A stretch of 44,531 nucleotides of DNA from a virus. Its lineage: Duplodnaviria > Heunggongvirae > Uroviricota > Caudoviricetes. A model generated the notes under the pieces. That model was not told where the DNA came from. It worked only from the letters and a program-made list of their open reading frames with translations, and searched no databases. The DNA lies in IMG/VR virus record IMGVR_UViG_3300017613_001587, one strand, 5' to 3'. Within the stretch, counting starts at the first letter, position 1, and each line of letters starts with the position of its first letter. Positions 37,446 to 43,578 of this stretch are shown here, in pieces. Both the position numbers and the translations under genes were made by a program.

Positions 37446-37789
37446 AGTGATATAGCATAGGCCAGGTTACTAATGCGCCTGCTACCCAAAAAGCGCTCGG
37501 TCCCAAGAGCGTCAGCTGTTTATATGAGACCCTACCAGGGTACACCCTGGATACTATTCTCTAAGTTCGGCTGTCATAACAAACTTCTATAACTTATGGC
37601 GACGATATAGCCATCGAGGGTTTTTGCAAGTGGCATCATCAGCTGATACTTTAGCCCTCATGAATCTAAAGTAAAACTTGCCGAGCTACTGCACGTAGTC
37701 AGCTATATGTCGTAGTGCTCGTAGTGCAAAGCTGACATTGGGAAATAGCGGGAGAAGGTTCTTCGCAGTTCGAATCTGCCCTATCACTG
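37446..37789 (+). ncRNA. tRNA-shaped RNA with ~250-nt pseudoknotted insert in the anticodon loop (tmRNA-like architecture or intron-containing tRNA)
   Basis: Acceptor AGTGATA/TATCACT, D stem GCAT/ATGC, anticodon stem CCTGCTA/TAGCGGG, variable hairpin, T arm GCAG-TTCGAAT-CTGC. Confidence 0.75.
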
Positions 37790-37799
37790 AGTAAATAAA

Positions 37800-38400
37800 G
37801 CATGAGTCGTGATGTTCCACGCACAAAAGCGTGAGCTTAAAGTTTCGTGTAATCCATGCACGGAAGTTGTACCCGATGACCAGTGGTCATCAATTAACAC
37901 CTCCTTAACGGCCTACCCTGTGGTGGGGGTAGGCCACAACGCTTGTAGTACTGGATAGTTTTTAGACTGAAACGTGAGCTGATAAAGACGTTTCCTTAAT
38001 TTGCATAGGCCGGTTCCGCAGACTGTGAGCCTACGCTGGAAAGGTAGTTTTGATGCCATGACACATAAAACTAAGAACTGTCTGTTCTATCCTTAAGTTA
38101 GATAAAGTTCTGAGCGTACCGGACCAGCTTATAGTACCCCGAAACAAAGTACCCTATCGCAGGGGAAACGGAATAGGGGGAAGGAAGCATACTCCTACGT
38201 GGCTCAACCAACCTTATCTAATGGGTAGACACAGGTATCGCGTGGGATGAGGGTGGGTAAATTTGAATATATTCTTCTTGAAGGAAGAATTGATGATATA
38301 AAGGTGGGTTCCTAGACCTACGGAGGAAGTGGCAAACGTCTAGCGGTCCAACATAGCCGCTAGTGCGCCTCCTAATTTTATGTTACCTCCTTATCAAGCT
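37800..38400 (+). ncRNA. structured non-coding region with group II intron domain II/III-like segment
   Basis: Stems 37910-18/37927-35, 37969-75/37988-94, 38340-46/38357-63; GGA linker + GCTT-ATAGTA…GAAGG-AAGC at 38121-38188. Confidence 0.4.
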
Positions 38401-38640
38401 GGTTGAACTGGTCATTCAGCCAGCACAAGCTTAATTGCTACCAATCGTGGGTTCCCACTGAGCGGCAGACTATGGGAACATCTGGCCCAGCATTCGTGGA
38501 GTCCTCCCAGCTGGGGAATAACTGAGGACCTAGGTCGCTCACAACGTGCTCGATAGTTCAAGAAAAATACCTGCTCCGGGAGATGGCCACCCGTACCGCA
38601 GGAGTTGTAGCACGGTGTTCTAACCACCGTAGCTGCTCGA

Positions 38641-38687
38641 GCACACAAGCTTGGTCCAGTGGGCCAAGTGAGTTGGTGTTTTTTTTT
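38641..38687 (+). terminator. intrinsic terminator
   Basis: Hairpin core CTTGGTCC-agt-GGGCCAAG, extendable to 38678, followed by a T9 tract. Confidence 0.65.
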
Positions 38688-38892
38688 ATTTTTTATTCTC
38701 CTTTCATTTATTTGTTTCTGGTTCACGGCTAGCTGGTCAAGTTTCCTCCTTTTTTCTTGGCCAGCACAAGGGTGTACTCACCCCCTATCGCACTAGCGAA
38801 ACTCCGGTCTTTCAGGACATGAGCCTGAACGGTCTTGGGGGTGGCCGACAAGGGGTGCACCTGAAAATTTTTTATATACGGGATGGTCTGCT

Positions 38893-39108
38893 ATGGCATT
38901 AGTTGTATGTAATAAAGCAAGTCACTGTATTGAACGTGGCTGTCCGTGGCATGAACCTAGACAGGAGGTAGAGCTAGGTAGTGCTCATTGTAATAAGTGG
39001 GAGCACCAGACTGGACTAAGTGGCCACAACATTACGATCGTAGCCGCGTCGACACTCGATAACTCCGACCCTAACTTAATATTTGCAAGGAAGAAACATG
39101 GATTTTGA
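38893..39108 (+). CDS. small Cys/His-containing protein
   Basis: ORF; C..C..C.WH..C. Confidence 0.6.
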   Translation: MALVVCNKASHCIERGCPWHEPRQEVELGSAHCNKWEHQTGLSGHNITIVAASTLDNSDPNLIFARKKHGF

Positions 39109-39493
39109 TCCAGGAATGTTTACAGACGATGATATGCAAGACTCATATGAGGAGGGTTATGAAGATGCAGAAGCCACACACTCCGATCTGGTGGAAACCG
39201 ATGAGTTGGGTAATCCTGTACTGCTTGCTGCTGCCGCTGGGTTTGGTTATCACATGGCTCAAGACGGTCTCGAGGAACGTGAGATCGCTGAGGAAATCTT
39301 AAAGAAACGTGAAGGTAAACCTGAAAAGATACCACTGGCTAAGCGGCATGAAACTAAAGGATACATGACGCCGTTTGCCAGATGGGCTACTAAGGTTAAC
39401 ATCAATCCTGCTAAGTCGGGGGATGCGATTGAGTATACCAAAGAGGAGCAGCTTCAAATCATAAAAGAACAGGGAGAGGGGCATGAAGAGTAG
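39098..39493 (+). CDS. acidic hypothetical protein
   Basis: ORF; start 39098 preferred (AAGGA upstream). Confidence 0.7.
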   Translation: MDFDPGMFTDDDMQDSYEEGYEDAEATHSDLVETDELGNPVLLAAAAGFGYHMAQDGLEEREIAEEILKKREGKPEKIPLAKRHETKGYMTPFARWATKVNINPAKSGDAIEYTKEEQLQIIKEQGEGHEE

Positions 39494-40262
39494 CAAGGTA
39501 AGACTGGTAGGAAAGAAAGGATCTAAGTCCTGTAAAGAGATCAGAGAAGGTGCCGAGATACTAGGCTACTTCAAAAAGCCTGCCGTTCTGCCGGAAGTGA
39601 TTGTCAACTACGGACTAGCCGGTGCCAAGCTTGATAGTTTCTTCAAGAAGTTCCCGTCTGCTCGTAGGGTACCCATGCTTAATAGAAGTATAGGTTACTC
39701 TAAGTTAACCGTCTGTCACAGAGCAGAAAAGAAAGATATTCCTGTACCTGAATCAAGACAGAGGTTAGAGCACGGTAGTAAGAGAGATGAGTGGATAGAG
39801 AAGAGAACCAACTCTATAGGTGGAAAGGGTATATGCATAGCCCGCGGTACTGGTTCAATCGGTGGTAAATACTACCAAAAGTTCATAAAGAACAGACGTT
39901 ATGAGTTAAGAGTCCACGCCTTTGCTTGGATTCCTAAGTCAGAATGGCGTGTCCAAAAACGATTGGGCAGTGCGGATGAAATCGCGTGGAATTATAAGAA
40001 CGGAGGTCATTTCGTCACTGTAAAGAATCCAGGGGCATCAAAAACATTCGTCCAGTCCCAAGAGATTTCTGAGAAGGTTTTGGATATGCTCGGTATGTCC
40101 TTCGGGGCAGTTGATTTCTTAGTAGATACTAACTACAACCTATATTTTATAGAGATCAATTCAGCGCCTGGGTTTAGCGAGTTAAGCAAACCCATTTACG
40201 TTGACGCCTTTACACGGCTAAAACAACTGCCTAAGAAGGAACTACTAAAGTTAGCATCGTAA
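39483..40262 (+). CDS. ATP-grasp ligase (second copy)
   Basis: YQKFI…ELRVH, FGAVDFLVD, FIEINSAPG. Confidence 0.88.
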   Translation: MKSSKVRLVGKKGSKSCKEIREGAEILGYFKKPAVLPEVIVNYGLAGAKLDSFFKKFPSARRVPMLNRSIGYSKLTVCHRAEKKDIPVPESRQRLEHGSKRDEWIEKRTNSIGGKGICIARGTGSIGGKYYQKFIKNRRYELRVHAFAWIPKSEWRVQKRLGSADEIAWNYKNGGHFVTVKNPGASKTFVQSQEISEKVLDMLGMSFGAVDFLVDTNYNLYFIEINSAPGFSELSKPIYVDAFTRLKQLPKKELLKLAS

Positions 40263-40288
40263 CACAGGAGCACGTACTATATCACAAT

Positions 40289-40361
40289 GATCCTGTAGCT
40301 CAGTGGTTAGAGTGCCCGCCTATAAGGCGGGAGGTCCCTCGTTCGAGTCGAGGCAGGCCCT
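40289..40361 (+). tRNA. atypical/pseudo tRNA, Ile-like body, nominal anticodon ATA
   Basis: D arm GCTC/GAGT, anticodon arm CCCGC-CT ATA AG-GCGGG, T arm CCTCG-TTCGAGT-CGAGG; two acceptor mismatches; no CCA. Confidence 0.7.
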
Positions 40362-40396
40362 CAGTGATAAACGATCCCTGTGTATTCAAAGTCCTT

Positions 40397-40601
40397 TCGG
40401 CCTAACCCTAGAGGATGTTTACCATAGGGGTAGTGGTCAGACTCAGGTAAAGCCAAGTTTCCTGGTGGGTCTGACGGAAAACATTGCCCCTTCAAATATC
40501 TTGTAGGGTTAAGCCGAGAGGCAGACATCGTGGAGGAAATCAGATACTGCGTAAGGCGACTAATAGATAGTCGGTGTAGATTCTGTCCGATGAAGCGATG
40601 T
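40397..40601 (+). ncRNA. putative structured RNA: 121-nt rod plus a second branched hairpin
   Basis: 40397-410/40504-17, 40412-20/40494-502, 40427-35/40482-90, 40436-42/40469-75; 40525-30/40596-601, 40557-62/40568-73. Confidence 0.55.
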
Positions 40602-40741
40602 TTAATGCGCGCCTATAATCAATGGAGAGTTTGGACGACCTCTGGGTAATTATAGGTACAGGTTGCGCGTGGGTAGGGGTGGGCACTTATAAAAGTTGCC
40701 GTGGAGGCATCGCCAGAAGCGGCAAAAGAGAGGAAGGCAGT

Positions 40742-41065
40742 ATGGATCAAGTAGAACAACTAATGCAGACTCTAATCGAGAAGAACAACGAGATTACTGA
40801 CCTTAAGTCCCAAATGGGCAAGAAGGAAGCCACCAATGGTGAGATGTCTCCGCTCGAGAAGAGTATGTGGGCCATGCTGTTCGTCCTATGTGAAAAACAT
40901 GTTAAGTGTGAGAAATGTGGTTCGTCTACAAAGCCTGCCACAAACAAACACAACTATGTGCTTGTCAGGTGTACAAAGTGTAGACACTGGCAGAATGTAA
41001 AGCGTAGCAAGAGCGCTACGTTTAACGCTTACTACAAAGATTTTAAGAAGGCTACAAATGGGTGA
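40742..41065 (+). CDS. coiled-coil + Zn-ribbon protein
   Basis: Start 40742 (GAGGAAGG upstream); CEKC…CTKC. Confidence 0.7.
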   Translation: MDQVEQLMQTLIEKNNEITDLKSQMGKKEATNGEMSPLEKSMWAMLFVLCEKHVKCEKCGSSTKPATNKHNYVLVRCTKCRHWQNVKRSKSATFNAYYKDFKKATNG

Positions 41066-41363
41066 TTGGAAAGACATAGGTAGTAACATAATAAAATTAG
41101 AGGGTTTCGGTCTTTATGTAACCTATATAGACAGTGACCTCTACTCATGCCCTATGCTGGGGCCATCAGGACATCCCAGACTTGACCAAGACAGATGTAT
41201 AGACTGGGAGAAGCTGGAAGAAGCTCCCAACCAGGAGTTCCTGAACCTATGTAACAGAAGGTTCAAGACCTGCTATACTATGCCTGATTTCGGCGGTGTC
41301 ATGTCTATCTCTGATATAAAGAACCACTCTAAGATACAAAAGGAAATAAAGAAGGATGGATGA
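41058..41363 (+). CDS. hypothetical protein
   Basis: ORF coupled to neighbours. Confidence 0.65.
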   Translation: MGDWKDIGSNIIKLEGFGLYVTYIDSDLYSCPMLGPSGHPRLDQDRCIDWEKLEEAPNQEFLNLCNRRFKTCYTMPDFGGVMSISDIKNHSKIQKEIKKDG

Positions 41364-41538
41364 TTCTCTTATATACCTGGAAACTTTAGCTGATGCGAGC
41401 AGACTACTCCACGAAGCACGCAAACGAGACAGACACTATGGTAATGGTGAGTTGGGGAGGGTTGAGGAAGACTTCGAGACCGAGCTTGTAAGAGCTGAAG
41501 ATTACCTTGAGGAGGTAAAAAGGAATGCCGATATATGA
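41356..41538 (+). CDS. small hypothetical protein
   Basis: ORF coupled to neighbours; SD AAGGA. Confidence 0.6.
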   Translation: MDDSLIYLETLADASRLLHEARKRDRHYGNGELGRVEEDFETELVRAEDYLEEVKRNADI

Positions 41539-41761
41539 ATTTGAGTGTGGCTCATGTGGTCATACAAAAGAGATCCTAATCATGGGTAAGTCAGACCTAA
41601 AGGGATCACATAAGCTAGGGTGTGATAAATGTAAGGGGATGTATCGTAAGATTATCTCTGCGCCGTCAGATCCTGTCGTGAGGGGATTCAATGAAAAGAA
41701 TGGGTACTCTAATGCCCCAGTGAAAGGAAAAAAGGATGGAAAAAAGCCACGTAATAGATAA
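41525..41761 (+). CDS. FmdB-family Zn-ribbon protein
   Basis: MPIYEFECGSCGH…CDKC…RKIISAP signature. Confidence 0.85.
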   Translation: MPIYEFECGSCGHTKEILIMGKSDLKGSHKLGCDKCKGMYRKIISAPSDPVVRGFNEKNGYSNAPVKGKKDGKKPRNR

Positions 41762-41972
41762 GTGCGACGTGTGCGGGTTCGTATCCTACAGTGTCATTAC
41801 CCGTTGCCCGTGTTGTGGTAATATGATTCTAACATCGGAGAAACTAGATGAAAAAACGTGGACAGATCAAAAAGAGGCCGGGCGTAAAGAAGGGGTTAAG
41901 AAACTCCTTAGCTCCCCGCTCTGGCAAGCCAGGTACAAAGATAGAAAAGCTGCTGAAGGAGTACGGGACTGA
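41736..41972 (+). CDS. small Zn-ribbon protein
   Basis: CDVC…CPCC. Confidence 0.65.
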   Translation: MEKSHVIDKCDVCGFVSYSVITRCPCCGNMILTSEKLDEKTWTDQKEAGRKEGVKKLLSSPLWQARYKDRKAAEGVRD

Positions 41973-42168
41973 TAAGATCTACAACGGTAGGGACAAGAAA
42001 GGACGTCTCGTAGAGAACGGTAAGATCGTCCGTTGTCCTGTATGTGGTAGCTCTAAGATCAAACGCGAGATGATGTTCGATTACATCAAGACATGCATGA
42101 ACAATAAATGTAGCGTCTATAAGAAGGAAGGCTGGCGTAACAATTTCAATACGGGAGTGCATAACTAA
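41848..42168 (+). CDS. Zn-ribbon protein (start uncertain)
   Basis: CPVC…CMNNKC; TAATG coupling to next ORF. Confidence 0.55.
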   Translation: MKKRGQIKKRPGVKKGLRNSLAPRSGKPGTKIEKLLKEYGTDKIYNGRDKKGRLVENGKIVRCPVCGSSKIKREMMFDYIKTCMNNKCSVYKKEGWRNNFNTGVHN

Positions 42169-42356
42169 TGGTCAGATTAATAAACAAGGCTTGTCGGTTC
42201 CCATTTGCTCTATTTATCGGCGCTGTCTTCGGCATCATCGCATACGTAGCCACAATATTTGCCATGCTTTTCTTTGACTGGGATACAGAACTCGAGTCAA
42301 TAAAAACTGTACACAATGACATCGGTAATTTGTTCATGTCTATACTAACTGGATAA
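42168..42356 (+). CDS. small membrane protein
   Basis: One long hydrophobic segment. Confidence 0.65.
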   Translation: MVRLINKACRFPFALFIGAVFGIIAYVATIFAMLFFDWDTELESIKTVHNDIGNLFMSILTG

Positions 42357-42369
42357 CGACGTCTAATCT

Positions 42370-42444
42370 TGGGGCGTAGCTCAGTCTGGCCAGAGCGGCG
42401 GGCCGTTAACCCGCGAGTCGGAGGTTCGAATCCTCCCGCCTCAG
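42370..42444 (+). tRNA. tRNA-Asn(GTT) with C at position 33; CCA not encoded
   Basis: Acceptor TGGGGCG/CGCCTCA, G73; anticodon arm GCGGG-CC GTT AA-CCCGC; T loop TTCGAAT. Confidence 0.92.
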
Positions 42445-42457
42445 CAAGGAGTATATT

Positions 42458-43075
42458 ATGAGAATTATATTTGCATTATTAATTATCGCCCTGATCGTCC
42501 CGCTTGCGGGTTGTGATTATCTAAGCCTGGATGATCCTAAAGTTGCCAAGCTTGAGCAGCAGATGGCCAAGCTCAACGAACGAGTTGAAGCACTGGAAGC
42601 AGCTAATACCAGACTCCAAGAAGAAAAGGAGAAGCTACAAGCTGCCAATGAAAATCTCCAGGTTAACAATAAGGAGATTATTAAAGATCTTAACGAGACA
42701 CTGGCTGTAGCAGACTCCTACCGGGAAACCATAAGGAAACTGGTGCCGGAACGCGTTCAGTCTATCTATCAAGTTGACTTCGAGCATAACAAACTCTACA
42801 ACCAATCAGTCACTGCCGACCTTTCCAAAGATACACTAGCCCTGGTCAAGAGACTCCAGGCTGCTGGTCATAAAGTTAAGGTTAAGGTCGAGGGCTATTC
42901 CAGTAAGGCAGGCCCGGCCAAGCTTAACAAATGGTTCTCCAAGGAGAGAGCCGAAGGCGTTGCTCATAAAATGTTCAGCCTGGGTATGGACTCTGATATA
43001 GTGGAGATCATAGCTCACGGTGAAACAGATGACAATGAGAGAAAGGTCATCGTAACAGTGGAGATTGTGCCCTAA
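42458..43075 (+). CDS. lipoprotein with coiled coil and C-terminal OmpA-like peptidoglycan-binding domain
   Basis: Signal peptide with lipobox LAGC; VKVEGYSS..G….N..FS.ERAE.V…IIAHGE. Confidence 0.85.
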   Translation: MRIIFALLIIALIVPLAGCDYLSLDDPKVAKLEQQMAKLNERVEALEAANTRLQEEKEKLQAANENLQVNNKEIIKDLNETLAVADSYRETIRKLVPERVQSIYQVDFEHNKLYNQSVTADLSKDTLALVKRLQAAGHKVKVKVEGYSSKAGPAKLNKWFSKERAEGVAHKMFSLGMDSDIVEIIAHGETDDNERKVIVTVEIVP

Positions 43076-43578
43076 TGCCATTTCAATGTGAATGTGGGAG
43101 TACTGAGTTTTGGACCCACGGAGTAGAGACAATCGTATGGTATGTCGATAACAATGGGGATGTGCTTGACTCGGGCGACTATATAGAGAGTGATAGGAAA
43201 GACAACTTCCCCTACTATTGCGCCAACTGCGAGAAAGAATACGCCAACATACCACCCAAACCTGCCGAGGATGAGTGGATAGATCTCAGAAGAAGACACT
43301 ATTTAAATGGTAACACTAATGGTTGTCCCATCTGTGATTCCCCAAACATAGAAGGCGGTTCACTAGAAGCTGACGGTAATAACGTCTGGCAAGTTATAAC
43401 ATGCGGAGACTGTTACGCGGAATGGACTGATGTATTTACCCTCAGTGATATAGAAGTAACTTCCTATCCTACCAACGCTGTTCCAGAAGGCATGCTGACA
43501 CCTGATGGAGATGAAGAGGTGGAAGTACCCGACCCTAACGAAGCCTTTAACAAATCAAACAAGGACTTCCCATTCTAA
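43075..43578 (+). CDS. double Zn-ribbon acidic protein
   Basis: CECG…CANC; CPIC…CGDC. Confidence 0.75.
   Translation: MPFQCECGSTEFWTHGVETIVWYVDNNGDVLDSGDYIESDRKDNFPYYCANCEKEYANIPPKPAEDEWIDLRRRHYLNGNTNGCPICDSPNIEGGSLEADGNNVWQVITCGDCYAEWTDVFTLSDIEVTSYPTNAVPEGMLTPDGDEEVEVPDPNEAFNKSNKDFPF

Noticed and set aside
37491-37744. Group I intron as the explanation for the anticodon insert
   Set aside because: No U at a suitable 5' splice site, no P4-P6 (P/Q) motifs, and no properly placed AGACUA/UAGUC P7 pair within the insert.
37446-37789. Canonical tmRNA (ssrA) call
   Set aside because: No G3:U70, no GGGG 5' end, a D stem and variable arm are present, and no tag ending in Ala-Ala. Kept as tmRNA-like only.
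36895-38726. Minus-strand ORFs 36895..37245 and 38412..38726 in the ncRNA region
   Set aside because: No motifs or properly spaced SD. The second runs through a poly-T terminator tract, and dense base pairing explains the region better.
40303-40741. ORF 40303..40506 and the N-terminal extension 40622-40741
   Set aside because: The first overlaps the tRNA-like gene and the RNA rod; the second has a better start at 40742.
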